64,000 bases of DNA from Coleofasciculaceae cyanobacterium (GCA_049671305.1 JBATUR010000034.1:27195-91194); one strand, 5' to 3'. Positions 17,234-28,472 are shown, counted from the first letter of the stretch. The notes: generated by a model not told the origin, from the letters alone. Numbers and translations: made by a program.

Positions 17234-19966
17234 TTAATCCTCAGTCACTTCCTCAATCATTTTCATAATTTCTTCATTTTTAAAATCGTCTGCAAGCTCA
17301 AGTAATTTATTCACAAATTGTGTATATTTACTATCTAATTGCTTGATTCGAGTCGCTTCCTGCTTAATGTCTTCGTTATCACCAATTTGTGCCGCTTTAT
17401 ATATGTTAGTTAATTCCTCGACTGGAGGCATTACTATTGCTGATAAAGGCTCAGATGCTGAGTTGGCTTCAATTACATTATGCGTACTATAAATCCAATT
17501 TAACTTTAGATAGTGTTTTATTTTTTGTAGTAATTCTTCTACTTTAATTGGTTTTGATATAAAATCTTGACAACCAAACTGCTGACTTTTTTGTTGTTCA
17601 AACTCAAATACCCTGGCAGATGTGGCAAGGATAGGTGTATGTGTAAATTCAGGTGATTTGCGGAGCTGTCGCGCCATTTCAAAGCCATCCATAACTGGCA
17701 TCATTAAGTCAGTAATAATTAAATCTGGTTGAAATTCAACAGCTTGTTTTAAACCTTCTTGACCATTAAATGCTGACTGAACTTCAAACCCTATTGGTTC
17801 TAATATATTGATAATTACTGAACAGTTTTCTGAGTTATCATCAATTACCAAAATTTTATGTTTTTTCCCTTGATAGCCAATGATATTGTAAAAAAAGTTG
17901 AGGGTGGTAGACTGAATTGGTTTAGCAGTTTCCGGTAGGTTCAAATCAAATCTAAATAAGCTACCAACGCCCGATAGACTTTCAACAAAAATTTCGCTTT
18001 TCATCATGGAAATAATTTTTTTTGTAATTGATAAACCTAATCCAGTTCCTTCAATTCGGCGTGAAGTATCTCCAACTTGTTCAAAGGGTGAAAATATTTT
18101 TTCTAACTGATCACTTGTCATGCCAATTCCAGTATCTTCGATTTGAAAACGAATTTTTATAAAAGATTGAATAGATGAGTTATTGCTGGAAGTTAAAGAT
18201 AGTTGGGTTGTGTTATCTATAGCTACCCCATCTATTTCTTGAGTCACAATGTCTGTAGCTAAGTTTTCTATTACTTCAACCTTAAAAGTCACACTGCCTG
18301 CATCTGTAAATTTAATGGCATTGCTTATGAGATTGATCAAGACTTGACGCAGCCTCTTTTCATCAGCATTAACTGTATCAGGAAGTTGGTTAATAGGTTG
18401 ATATATAAAGTTAATTTTTTTCTGTTCAGCTTTGATTCTACAAATATCTGAGACACCTTTTAAAAAATAAGGTAAATTGAAATCGTTGGCATATAAATCT
18501 AGCTTTTGAGCTTCAATTTTAGCTAAATCCAAAATATCATTGATTAGATTAAGTAAGTGTTCTCCACACTTATAAATAATTTCCAGTCCATTTTGTTGCT
18601 TGGAGGTACAGTCTTTGTCTAATTGAAGAATTTGAGCATACCCTAAAATCCCGTTGAGAGGAGTACGAAGCTCATGACTCATATTAGCAAGAAAGTCGCT
18701 TTTGGCTTGGTTTGCAGCTTCAGCCGCTACCTTAGCTTGCTCCATCACCGCTTCAGCCATTTTGCGATCATCAATATTGCGGGCTACCCAAATTACTGAA
18801 TTGTTGGGCATTGGTGAAATACTGGCAGCGAACCAAGTCTCTCGATTATTAAGAGTAAGGCTATAGTCAAAATAAATAGTTTCTTGTGTAATTAATGCTT
18901 GGTCAACTTTTTCTAGCCAATTTTTGTTTGTTTCTCCCAACAAAAAATGTTCAACTGTTTTATTGATGGGGTCAGCTTCAAAATCGTATAATTTTCTTAT
19001 ATTAGTTGGTGCAAGTTCTATTGATTTTTTTTCATCAATAACAAGTACAATGTCAGTCATTGCTTCAAAAACTGCACGAATTTTTTCTTCCGATGTGCGT
19101 AGTTTTTCCTCTAAAAATTTACGCTCTGTCATATCACGAGCTACCCAAATCACTGAGATTGAAGAAATGGGAGAAATGTTAGCAGCAAACCAAAAAAATT
19201 GTTCTCCAATTGTCAATTTATACTCAATGCTTACAGTTTGTTGAGTATGCAAAGCTTGTTGAATGCATTCCAAAAAGGTATCAGCTTGCTTTGCTTCAAA
19301 TACTTCGTATATGGTTTTTCCTAGTAAATTTTCAGCAGAATTATAGAGCAGCGCTGAATCATTAGAGATGACTTTTAGATATTTTCCTTGTTGATCAATA
19401 ACGAAAATTAATTCTGTCATTGCAGCAAAGATAGCCCGTAGTTCTGCTTCAGCTTTTGCTAATTCGACAGTCCTTTCAGTAACTCTTTGTTCTAAAGAGG
19501 AGTTTAATTGCTGTAGCTCTATATTGACTTTTTGTAACTCTTTATTTTGCTCAGATACTTGTTTCTCCTGAAAATAACTCCTAATCGCTTCAGCAACAGT
19601 TAATCTAAGATCTGCTTCGTCCCAAGGTTTAGCAATATAACGATACAAGTTGGCGAAATTAACCGCATTCCCAACAGCTTCTCCGCTTGCTTGTCCCGTT
19701 AAAAGTATCTTCAAAGTTTTGGGATATTGGGAGTAAATCTCAATCAAGAGTTCATCTCCCTTCATTCCTGGCATGATTTGATCGCTAATAAGAAGTGGAA
19801 TTTCAAATTCCTCCTCTTGCAATTCTTCAAAAAGTTCTAGTGCTTCCTCAGCACTTTCAGCAAGTTCAATGTTATATTCATTTCCTAAGTAACGAACTAG
19901 CTGATCTCTGAGACTAATTAACACCATTCTTTCATCATCTACGCAAATAATTGCTTTTTTATTCAT
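17234..19966 (-). CDS. Hybrid histidine kinase with the order REC – PAS – PAS – HisKA – HATPase – REC – Hpt
   Basis: The N-terminal REC domain has ICVDDE...ISDQIMPGMKGDE. Two PAS blocks are present. The H-box [19 protein letters not shown] is identical to that of the gene at 4450..7251. A second REC domain (ILVIDD...ITDLMMPVMDGFEM) and an Hpt-like C-terminus follow. Confidence 0.85.
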   Translation of the reverse strand: MNKKAIICVDDERMVLISLRDQLVRYLGNEYNIELAESAEEALELFEELQEEEFEIPLLISDQIMPGMKGDELLIEIYSQYPKTLKILLTGQASGEAVGNAVNFANLYRYIAKPWDEADLRLTVAEAIRSYFQEKQVSEQNKELQKVNIELQQLNSSLEQRVTERTVELAKAEAELRAIFAAMTELIFVIDQQGKYLKVISNDSALLYNSAENLLGKTIYEVFEAKQADTFLECIQQALHTQQTVSIEYKLTIGEQFFWFAANISPISSISVIWVARDMTERKFLEEKLRTSEEKIRAVFEAMTDIVLVIDEKKSIELAPTNIRKLYDFEADPINKTVEHFLLGETNKNWLEKVDQALITQETIYFDYSLTLNNRETWFAASISPMPNNSVIWVARNIDDRKMAEAVMEQAKVAAEAANQAKSDFLANMSHELRTPLNGILGYAQILQLDKDCTSKQQNGLEIIYKCGEHLLNLINDILDLAKIEAQKLDLYANDFNLPYFLKGVSDICRIKAEQKKINFIYQPINQLPDTVNADEKRLRQVLINLISNAIKFTDAGSVTFKVEVIENLATDIVTQEIDGVAIDNTTQLSLTSSNNSSIQSFIKIRFQIEDTGIGMTSDQLEKIFSPFEQVGDTSRRIEGTGLGLSITKKIISMMKSEIFVESLSGVGSLFRFDLNLPETAKPIQSTTLNFFYNIIGYQGKKHKILVIDDNSENCSVIINILEPIGFEVQSAFNGQEGLKQAVEFQPDLIITDLMMPVMDGFEMARQLRKSPEFTHTPILATSARVFEFEQQKSQQFGCQDFISKPIKVEELLQKIKHYLKLNWIYSTHNVIEANSASEPLSAIVMPPVEELTNIYKAAQIGDNEDIKQEATRIKQLDSKYTQFVNKLLELADDFKNEEIMKMIEEVTED

Positions 19967-20360
19967 TCATTTTCTCCAATCCTGATGAAAGGACTTCTAT
20001 TAATGTTGCTTCATCCCACGGCTTGGGTAAATAACGATGGAGATTAGCCTGTTTTTGGGTACGTTCAATTGCTTCCTCATCAGCTTGTCCTGTTAATAAA
20101 ACTTTGACAATGTTGGGGAATTTTTGATGAACTTTAATTAGAAACTCATCTCCTTTCATATTAGGCATAAGCCAATCAGAAACTATGATAAGAAGATTTA
20201 TGCCATCTTTATTTAACTCCTCAATAATTTCTAGGGCTTCATCAGCACTTTCTGCAAATTCATAACTATACTGTTTTCCAAAATGATAAGTAAGCTGATC
20301 TCGCAAGCTTAGTAAGATCATTCGCTCATCATCTACACATAAAATCGCTTTTTCTGACAT
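19959..20360 (-). CDS. Single-domain response regulator (CheY-like receiver)
   Basis: It has ILCVDDE...VSDWLMPNMKGDE and is 133 aa long. It overlaps the start of the downstream hybrid kinase by 8 nt, which suggests translational coupling. Confidence 0.8.
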   Translation of the reverse strand: MSEKAILCVDDERMILLSLRDQLTYHFGKQYSYEFAESADEALEIIEELNKDGINLLIIVSDWLMPNMKGDEFLIKVHQKFPNIVKVLLTGQADEEAIERTQKQANLHRYLPKPWDEATLIEVLSSGLEKMNE

Positions 20361-20431
20361 TGTTTTAAATTGAGTTTAAGGTTGGTATAGGAAGTAGTAT
20401 TTTACAGCATACTACACTTGAGTTTTTCAAT

Positions 20432-23400
20432 CTATAAAATGGCTATAAAGACAATAAAAGTTGTCTTTCCTGGCTCACTTTCTACTTTAATTCTCCCTTG
20501 ATGCTTGTCAATAATCTTGCGAACAATATCTAAGCCTAAACCGCTACCTTCCCCTGCTGGTTTAGTGGTGAAAAAAGGCTCAAATATTTTTTCTTGAATT
20601 GCTAATGGAATACCCGAACCAGAATCTGTAATTTGCACTTTTATTTGATTATTTTGCTGTGATACAGATATTTCTAACTTTCCTTTGTTATTCATTGCTT
20701 GAATAGCATTATGAACTAAGTTAGTCCATACTTGGCTTAGTTCTTCTGGATAGCAAAGCGTAGATGGGACTTCCTGATAATTTTTGATAACTTCAATACC
20801 TTGTTTTAGCTGATTGTGATAAATTGTTAGGACTAAATCTAGTCCTTCTGTAATTGTAGCCCTAGTCATTTCACCAGAATCACTTTGTCGAGCATAGTTT
20901 TTGAGAGCAAAAACTATTTTTGAGGCACGTTCTACAGCTAGCATAATATTTTTACTATTATTTTGCTGCAAGTATAAGTTGTATGCCGCTTCTAAAATAA
21001 AGATATTATTGTTTTCTTGTAATAAAGCAATAAAAGGAGAAAGATCGTTAGTAAAGCCTAACTTAACTAAAATAGAAGCAATTGTGTCAGGTTCTGCAAT
21101 ATTTTGTGCTTCTAGCTCTTTTTTGAGACGACGTTTCAATTGCCGCTCTTCTCTAAAGGAAAGGCTTTCTTGATTTTGTTGAGCAGATTCTAATAAAGCG
21201 AAAAAGTCAGATTGTCTGGAAAGAGATAGTTCTTGGAGAAGTTGAGGTAATTGCTGTAATGAATTGGTCAAAGCTGTAGCAATATTACTAATAGAAGCTC
21301 GTATTGCTCCTAATGGCGTGTTGATTTCGTGGGCAACACCAGCAATTAATTGTCCAAGAGCTGCCATTTTTTCTGATTGAATTAATTCTTTTTGTGTAGC
21401 TTTAAGCTGTTGTAAAGCTGTAGCTAGTTCTTCATTTTTTTGACGTAATATTAACTCGGCTTGTTTGCGATCTGTAATATCTTCAGCTATACATAATAAA
21501 TGTGTCGCTTCTTGTTGTTGATTAAACAACGGTACTTTAATAAACCGCTGCCAGAGACTACCTTTAATGTTATGTTCAATATGTTCTTCTTCAAAAATTA
21601 TTAATTCACCATTTTTGATGATATCTAAATCTTCCTTAAGAAATTTATCGGCTAATTGGGCTTCAACAAAGTCATAACTATTGCGTCCAATTGCTTTAGA
21701 TTCAGAAATTCCATATAATTGCTCCGCTGCTTGATTCCATAAAATATAGCGCCAGTCATTCTGTACATCTTTAACAAATAATGCTAAAGGAATATTAGCA
21801 ACAATGTTATCTAGAAAACGATTTACCTGAGATAATTTATCTTCTAATTGTTTGCGGTCACTAATATCTCGAATCATAAATAATGCTTCATTTTCTCCAC
21901 TAACAACAATCCTAACTTCTTCATATTGTTGCTTACCATTAATCCAGTTTTCCTGCTCATATATTTGATTGGTTCCTGTAGCTAAAGCTTTTTGTAAATG
22001 TAGTAGATGACGCTCGTGAACTTGTTTAGGTAAAAATTCAGATATATGCTTTCCCACAGGTTGAAAATCTCCTGGTAGTAAATCTATGAATTCACAAGTA
22101 GAGACATAACCTAAATAAACGCCCTCAGCGCTGACGCGGAACATCAAATCAGGTATAGCAGAAAGGATGGCACGGTTTTGGGCTTCACTATCACGCAATG
22201 CTTCTTCTACCCGTTGACGCTCTAGAATTTCTAGCTGTAAGGCTTGAGTACGTTCTCGGACTTTCTGCTCCAAATTTTGATTATATTCTGCTAAGACTTT
22301 CTCAGCTTGCTTACGTTTAGTAATATCTTGAAAGACAACAAGAGCATAAGTAATATTGCCCTGGTTATCATAAATTGGCGTTCCAGTAGTTTCAATAGAA
22401 ACAATCTTATCTCGATGGTGAATTTCTAAATCATCAATAATAGAACTTTCACCCCTTAAGGCTCGTACAAGAGCCAAATTTTCGACAGGATATTCTTGCT
22501 CTGTACCTGCTTTAAAAAAATTATAAACCTTTGATAATTGATCAGAAGGAGCATCTGGCTTAACATCTGTACCAAGTAACTCTTGTCCTTTTTGATTATA
22601 ATAACAGGGTTTACCAGCAGCATCAAGCACACTTATACCTAAAGGCATTGCTTCTAAAAATTGAGTCAGCCGACTTTCTCTTTCTTTAACTTCTTTATAG
22701 AGTTTGGCATTAGTAATAGCGATTGCAGCTTGCCCAGATAATAACTGTAAAACTTCCCGTTGCTCTGGTGTGAAAGCGCCTGTAGTTAAATTATTTTCTA
22801 AGTAAATAATACCGCTTAGTTGACCTTGGTTGAGCAGTGGTGAACACAAAATAGATTTTGTTTGATGCTCTTTAATATAAGGATCATTAGTAAACTTACC
22901 TTGATGAGCAGCATCATATTTGACTATTGTTTCTTTAGTCCGAGCAACATAATTAATAATTGATATAGGTAGGCGATTATCGATAGGAATTGACTGTAAT
23001 ACACTGATCTGATCAGACCCGATTTCTCTGAAGGCTTCAACCAATAGTTGACCTTCTGTTTCTAAAATTAGGTAACCCACTTCTGCTCCCGCACTTTGGA
23101 TCAAAATCTGCATCAAGTTTGCCAATAATTTCTCTAGATTAATTTCGCTACCAATAGCTTGAGAAGCTTTCATCAACGTAGCAAAATCTAAGGCTTCTAT
23201 TGAGTGAGTATTCGTTGTTGTTTTTCTAGTTAGTGCAGCATTTTTTGTAGTATTTATTGGTGCTGATGACTGGTTTGTTAATTGAGGATATTTTAATTCT
23301 AAATCCTTAATTTTAGCTGTTGCTCCCCAACGAACATAGCAGTCGTAAGCATCCACTAAATAAACTTTAGCAATTTTTTGTTTGCTCCAAGTGAAATAAA

Positions 23401-26305
23401 ATTTTGCCGCAAGTTCTAAACTCAGAGCTTCCTCATTAAGATAGTTATTTTCTTTGGCAACTTCTATAGCAAGGTCGTAATAATTCATTGCTTCAAGATT
23501 ATTGCCATTGATACGATATCGCTCTGCCTCAACTAAATAGAATTTAGGCAAATATTTGATGGGAGAACAATTCACCCATTCTTTCATCTTCTTTTGATTA
23601 GTTGCGACTTTCGTTAAAAGAAGCTTACGTTTTGCTGGGGAAGCATCGTCACAAATTGCTAAATGCACTAAAGAATCATAAAAATAAAAGAAAGCTAAGA
23701 TTTCTTTTTCCTTTATTTCTTTTAAATAATCTTCTGCTAAAACAGTATTTATTATTGCTTGATGGTACTCTTCAAACAAATAGCATAAAACCACTTTGTT
23801 AATATATAAATGGGCTAGCCCTAGCTGCTCATTAGTTTCTTGATACCTAAGTACCATCACTTCTTCATTATAAATTTCACCGATTAATTGGTAAGGCTTT
23901 TCTGTCAAACCTAGCAAATTTGAAACTATCTGCCCATATAAATTGTGTAAACTAATAAATAACTCTTGGTTAAATTGACTAATAACCTTACCAGACTTAA
24001 CTATTTGACGTTCAATTTTGGTTAAATCCTTACCATCCAAATAGGAATTTAAAGAATCAAAAACTAAAGTATCAACTATAACTTTAGAATCTATTTTTTT
24101 TAAATGAGCTGTTTGATTTAGTCTTTGATCAGCTAAGGAATAAGCAGCTTGCTGTATCCGCTCATTTACAAATTGATAATCTTGACTGAGCAGTTGAGCA
24201 TCTAATGATACAGGACGAATTAACTCAGCTTGTAAAGCAGGCGCTAAATGCTGATAAATTTTTTTAGGTAAAACTTCACAGATAATAGATAGAGTATACA
24301 AGTCAAAACTCTTACCTAAGCAAGCAGCAAAGTGCAAAACTTGCTGTGTTGAGGATGGTAGCTTATTCAATTTAGAAATCATCAATTTGAGCGCATTAAC
24401 ATTAATGTGTATTGCTTCAATATGGTCAAGCTTCCATTGCCAATTTAGGCATTGGTCATCAAAATAAATCAAGCTTTCTTTATACAACTTTGTTAAAAAA
24501 TCCTTTATTAAAAAAGGAATACCACCTGTTTTCAGATCGACCATTTCTGCTAATGATCTTACTGCCATCCTATCCTTCTGCAATGTATCAGCAACTAACT
24601 GATTTATATCCTCTAGATTTAAAGTAGTTAGGGGGATTTTTTGAATAAATGTTCCTGCTTCCCGTAAGTTTTCAATTGTCATCATTAACGAATGAGTAGA
24701 GCTTAATTGTTCATCTCGATACGCCCCAATTAAAAGGAGATACTGTAGATTTTTATCATTAATTAGACATTCGATCAAATCGAGACTTGCTGCATCGGCA
24801 CATTGTAAATTATCGATAAAAATTACTAAAGGATGCTGTTTTGACGCGAATACCTGAAGCAGTTTTATAAAAATTAAAGTAAATCGATTTTCTAATTCTT
24901 TTACTTCTAAATTTAGTACTATTGGTTGTTTGCCAATAATTAATTCAAATTCAGGTATAAGATCAATAATTACCCCACAATTGTCACCTAATACCTCTAC
25001 GAACTTTTCTCTCCACCGTTGGAGCTTTTCTTCGCTTTCTGTTAAAAGTTGTCGTATTAATTTAGCAAAACCACAAACAAAAGCAGAATAATGACTATTA
25101 GATTGGATTTGCTCAAAGCTTATAGAGACAAAATAACCATGATTTTTTGTAATTGTTGGACAAACTTCGTTAACTAAAGCGGACTTTCCAATTCCCGAAC
25201 AACCAGCAATAAGTATTACTTCCTTGGCAACAGATTTGATAGGATATCTTACAAAAACTTCGTTATCTGTAGTTTCAGTTTGTTTGCTCTTGCTAAGAAT
25301 TAACTCCCCCCCTGCCTCCTTTGCTATATCTGCTGATTGAATCCGCTCAAATGCTGCTAATAATTCAGTAGTTTCTCTATTTCTGCCATAGAGTTTTTCA
25401 GGTATTTTAAAATGATCAGAAATATCATTTTCTCCAGCAACAAGATCCGTAATTACTCCGTTAGCTTCTAATTGCATTAAACAAAGAACCAAGTCAACCT
25501 TAATTCCCCAAGCACTTTGATATCGATCTCCCACTGTTTTTGCCATTAATTTCATGACAATATCCGAAATAACCTCACTAATTTCTGGATTAACAAGATG
25601 AGGTAGTACTGGTTGTTTAGCAATTTGACAATGTACTAATTCCAAAACATCAGTCGTTTGAAAAGGAACTTGTCCTGTTAGCAACTCATAAAAGGTAGCC
25701 CCTAGAGAATAAAAATCTGTGCGGTAATCAATAGGACGATTCATTCTCCCTGTCTGTTCAGGGGAGATATAAGCTAAGGTACCTTCTAAGATATTAGATT
25801 CTTCGGAAAAGCTTTCATCAGTTGTGACTGAAGAGATGCCAAAGTCAATAATTTTGACTTGCTCAGTTTCAACATTGAAAATAATATTAGAAGGATTAAT
25901 ATCTTTATGTATAATATTATGAGCATGAATTTTGCTCAAAATCTCAGTAACTTGAATAACAATTTTGAGGATTTTTTCCAGAGGCATTACCATTCCCTGC
26001 ACATTTGAACTTTCAGCAATTAATTGTGCTAAAGAATCGCCGCCAACATCCTCAAAAATTAGAACTAAGCTCCTCTCATAAGTTTCTAAGCCATAAACCT
26101 TGATCACACCTTCTATATCTAAGTTCTGGAGAATTTCATATTCGTGTTGATATTGAAGCCGTTCACTGTTATCGAGATAATCGGATTTAAGAACTTTAAG
26201 AATTACAGGTACGGAATCTTGTTCTCGCAAGCCTCTATAGATTAGACAATTTGTACCTTCATAAATTTGAGCTGTAACGGCAATACCAGGAACTATAATC
26301 ATCAT
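20432..26305 (-). CDS. Dual Ser/Thr–His kinase of the cyanobacterial HstK type, with the order STK – AAA/NTPase – GAF – PAS – HisKA – HATPase
   Basis: The N-terminal Hanks kinase carries HKDINPSNIIF, DFGIS and SPEQ. The P-loop is AGCSGIGKSA, followed by a GAF domain and PAS repeats. The H-box is VAHEINTPLGAI and the ATPase motif is GSGLGLDIVRKII. Confidence 0.85.
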   Translation of the reverse strand: MMIIVPGIAVTAQIYEGTNCLIYRGLREQDSVPVILKVLKSDYLDNSERLQYQHEYEILQNLDIEGVIKVYGLETYERSLVLIFEDVGGDSLAQLIAESSNVQGMVMPLEKILKIVIQVTEILSKIHAHNIIHKDINPSNIIFNVETEQVKIIDFGISSVTTDESFSEESNILEGTLAYISPEQTGRMNRPIDYRTDFYSLGATFYELLTGQVPFQTTDVLELVHCQIAKQPVLPHLVNPEISEVISDIVMKLMAKTVGDRYQSAWGIKVDLVLCLMQLEANGVITDLVAGENDISDHFKIPEKLYGRNRETTELLAAFERIQSADIAKEAGGELILSKSKQTETTDNEVFVRYPIKSVAKEVILIAGCSGIGKSALVNEVCPTITKNHGYFVSISFEQIQSNSHYSAFVCGFAKLIRQLLTESEEKLQRWREKFVEVLGDNCGVIIDLIPEFELIIGKQPIVLNLEVKELENRFTLIFIKLLQVFASKQHPLVIFIDNLQCADAASLDLIECLINDKNLQYLLLIGAYRDEQLSSTHSLMMTIENLREAGTFIQKIPLTTLNLEDINQLVADTLQKDRMAVRSLAEMVDLKTGGIPFLIKDFLTKLYKESLIYFDDQCLNWQWKLDHIEAIHINVNALKLMISKLNKLPSSTQQVLHFAACLGKSFDLYTLSIICEVLPKKIYQHLAPALQAELIRPVSLDAQLLSQDYQFVNERIQQAAYSLADQRLNQTAHLKKIDSKVIVDTLVFDSLNSYLDGKDLTKIERQIVKSGKVISQFNQELFISLHNLYGQIVSNLLGLTEKPYQLIGEIYNEEVMVLRYQETNEQLGLAHLYINKVVLCYLFEEYHQAIINTVLAEDYLKEIKEKEILAFFYFYDSLVHLAICDDASPAKRKLLLTKVATNQKKMKEWVNCSPIKYLPKFYLVEAERYRINGNNLEAMNYYDLAIEVAKENNYLNEEALSLELAAKFYFTWSKQKIAKVYLVDAYDCYVRWGATAKIKDLELKYPQLTNQSSAPINTTKNAALTRKTTTNTHSIEALDFATLMKASQAIGSEINLEKLLANLMQILIQSAGAEVGYLILETEGQLLVEAFREIGSDQISVLQSIPIDNRLPISIINYVARTKETIVKYDAAHQGKFTNDPYIKEHQTKSILCSPLLNQGQLSGIIYLENNLTTGAFTPEQREVLQLLSGQAAIAITNAKLYKEVKERESRLTQFLEAMPLGISVLDAAGKPCYYNQKGQELLGTDVKPDAPSDQLSKVYNFFKAGTEQEYPVENLALVRALRGESSIIDDLEIHHRDKIVSIETTGTPIYDNQGNITYALVVFQDITKRKQAEKVLAEYNQNLEQKVRERTQALQLEILERQRVEEALRDSEAQNRAILSAIPDLMFRVSAEGVYLGYVSTCEFIDLLPGDFQPVGKHISEFLPKQVHERHLLHLQKALATGTNQIYEQENWINGKQQYEEVRIVVSGENEALFMIRDISDRKQLEDKLSQVNRFLDNIVANIPLALFVKDVQNDWRYILWNQAAEQLYGISESKAIGRNSYDFVEAQLADKFLKEDLDIIKNGELIIFEEEHIEHNIKGSLWQRFIKVPLFNQQQEATHLLCIAEDITDRKQAELILRQKNEELATALQQLKATQKELIQSEKMAALGQLIAGVAHEINTPLGAIRASISNIATALTNSLQQLPQLLQELSLSRQSDFFALLESAQQNQESLSFREERQLKRRLKKELEAQNIAEPDTIASILVKLGFTNDLSPFIALLQENNNIFILEAAYNLYLQQNNSKNIMLAVERASKIVFALKNYARQSDSGEMTRATITEGLDLVLTIYHNQLKQGIEVIKNYQEVPSTLCYPEELSQVWTNLVHNAIQAMNNKGKLEISVSQQNNQIKVQITDSGSGIPLAIQEKIFEPFFTTKPAGEGSGLGLDIVRKIIDKHQGRIKVESEPGKTTFIVFIAIL

Positions 26306-26659
26306 GAGAAGTAAGTAAAGAGTAATTATGTCGTTTGTATTTTACTTTTCTAACGCAGACTTGGAAAAAGTGGGTAAAATCTGCACAAAATCTTTGAGTA
26401 TAGGCAGTAACGAGTTCAAGAATCTTTAAGATTAACTGAACAACTTTTGCTCATTTGTTCTAATATTATGAAATATACTGTTAACCCCAACAAAAAATTG
26501 AGCTAGGCTGACGTTCCTTCGTGCGGCGTCCTGATGACAAGACTGACGATCGCCTCTAAAATAATTCTCACGTTAGGCAACATCCCGATAAACCTCTTGT
26601 AGTAAACAAATACCTAAGTTAGGCTGCAGTAAATCAATCTTTCCGATAGCTTGTATTAG

Positions 26660-28114
26660 ATGGCAAATGGGGAACATCTCGCTTTGCTCAAACAGGGAGT
26701 AGATGCTTGGAATCAATGGAAAGCAAACAACCCTGATATCAGACCAAATCTTAGCTTTGCCACGGGTAAAGGTATCATTATTAGGGATGCCAAACTGAGC
26801 GGTGTAGACCTGAGCCGTGCCGACCTGAGCCGTGCCGACCTGAGCCGTGCCGACCTAGTTGGGGCAAAACTTCGAGAGGCAAATTTCAACGAAGCCTACC
26901 TAAGTAACGCTGAACTGATTGGGGCAGACCTTAGCGAAGCCGACTTGAGTAGTGCCGACCTGATTGGAGCCAACTTAATTGGCACTAATCTCAGCGGGGC
27001 AAAACTGAATGGAGCAGACCTCAGTAAGGCAAATCTCAGAGGTACAGACCTCAGTGGGGCAAAACTTATTGGCGCCAAACTTAGTGGGGCAAACCTCAGC
27101 GGGGCAAAACTATTTGAGGCAAATCTTAGTGGCGCCCACCTCAGTGGAGCAAATTTCAAAGGGGCAAACCTGAGCATGGCAAACCTGAGCATGGCAAACC
27201 TAACTGGGGTATTATTACAAAAAGCTAAAGCGTTGAATACTAACTTTAACAAAGCAATATTAACTGGAGCTTGTTTGGCAGATTGGCAGATTAATAGTGG
27301 CACTAATCTCAACGAAGTAACTTGCCAATATCTCTATTTAACAAGTGATCAAAACGAACGTTATCCTCCTCAAGATGACTTTACACCAGGAGAATTTACT
27401 CAGTTATTTCAGAAATATTTGGAAACAATTGATTTGATTTTTAACTACGGTATTGATTGGCAAGCGTTCCTAATCGCCTTGCAAACTATGCAACTCAAAC
27501 TTGAAAGCTCAGAGCTGTCAATTCAAGCCCTTGAAAACAAAAACAAGGGTTCTTTAATAATTAGACTCAACGTTCCTCCGGAAATTTCAAAAATAAAACT
27601 TAAAAATGAATTAATACAAGAATATAAAGCACAATTAAAAATAATAGATAATCAATATCGTTACCAACTACAAGCCAACTATGAAGAGATAGCAACTGCG
27701 CGTCAGCAGAGTGCAGAAATTAGCGAAATTATGCAAGTAATGGCAGATAGAGCTATCAATTTAGATAGTATATCCAATCAAAGCAACTTAGAATGCTTGA
27801 AATCTAAGCCTGAACCCACAAAGCTACCAAATGATTATTCACCACAACAAAAGCAAAGCCTGATCAATACAGCAACCAAGATTCATAAATTACTTCAGCA
27901 ACTAGATCAAACTTATCCCACAACAACTCCCCTAGAAAAACAGAAAGTAGTCATAGAAGTAATTAAACGTATTGAGAAAAATCCTACCCTAAAAGCCTGG
28001 GTTATTGGAGTAATGAAAGAAGTTAGTACTGAAGCTTTAAAAGAATTAATCAATCATCCTTTAGTCAATGTCTTATTGGCAGCATTAGCAGAATATAAAG
28101 ATGTAGAGCAATAA
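26660..28114 (+). CDS. Pentapeptide-repeat protein (~200 aa of A(D/N)L(S/I)xA(N/D)L repeats) with a ~250-aa non-repetitive C-terminal domain
   Basis: The repeats run ADLSRADLSRADLSRADLVGAKLREANFNEAYLSNAELIGADLSEADL... Long minus-strand ORFs inside the gene are repeat artefacts. Confidence 0.85.
   Translation: MANGEHLALLKQGVDAWNQWKANNPDIRPNLSFATGKGIIIRDAKLSGVDLSRADLSRADLSRADLVGAKLREANFNEAYLSNAELIGADLSEADLSSADLIGANLIGTNLSGAKLNGADLSKANLRGTDLSGAKLIGAKLSGANLSGAKLFEANLSGAHLSGANFKGANLSMANLSMANLTGVLLQKAKALNTNFNKAILTGACLADWQINSGTNLNEVTCQYLYLTSDQNERYPPQDDFTPGEFTQLFQKYLETIDLIFNYGIDWQAFLIALQTMQLKLESSELSIQALENKNKGSLIIRLNVPPEISKIKLKNELIQEYKAQLKIIDNQYRYQLQANYEEIATARQQSAEISEIMQVMADRAINLDSISNQSNLECLKSKPEPTKLPNDYSPQQKQSLINTATKIHKLLQQLDQTYPTTTPLEKQKVVIEVIKRIEKNPTLKAWVIGVMKEVSTEALKELINHPLVNVLLAALAEYKDVEQ
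26804..26863. repeat. Four tandem copies of a 15-bp unit (gccgacctgagccgt), three of them identical, encoding (A/V)DLSR inside the pentapeptide-repeat gene
   Basis: Directly visible in the sequence. Confidence 0.85.
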
Positions 28115-28472
28115 AATAAATTAAAGGTAACTTGGTAAAATATTGCTAGTTTAATTATCTACTTAGTAACAAGTTATAACTTGAAGCTGAAAAATTTCAA
28201 CCAAATTAATACAAAAGAGGCGACCTGAGTAGTACCAGTGATAAAATGATCTATAGACTTTTGAACTTAGCAACAGAAAACATTAAAATCGCCATGTCAG
28301 TAATATTCGCTGCCGCAAAAGCTGTTAAAATTGTTGTTATCTCTACCAAAAACCAGTTTCTGTCCATTTCGCTGCAACAATATTTTAACTTTTGTCAAAC
28401 CCGACTTCTGAAATCAGTGAGTTTGCGATCCTACAATGCTAGTTAATGACTGTGTTAACGGTGAGTAGATAG

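Noticed and set aside
26896-27312. 138-aa minus-strand ORF inside the pentapeptide-repeat gene
   Set aside because: It is an antisense artefact of the repeated 15-bp units.
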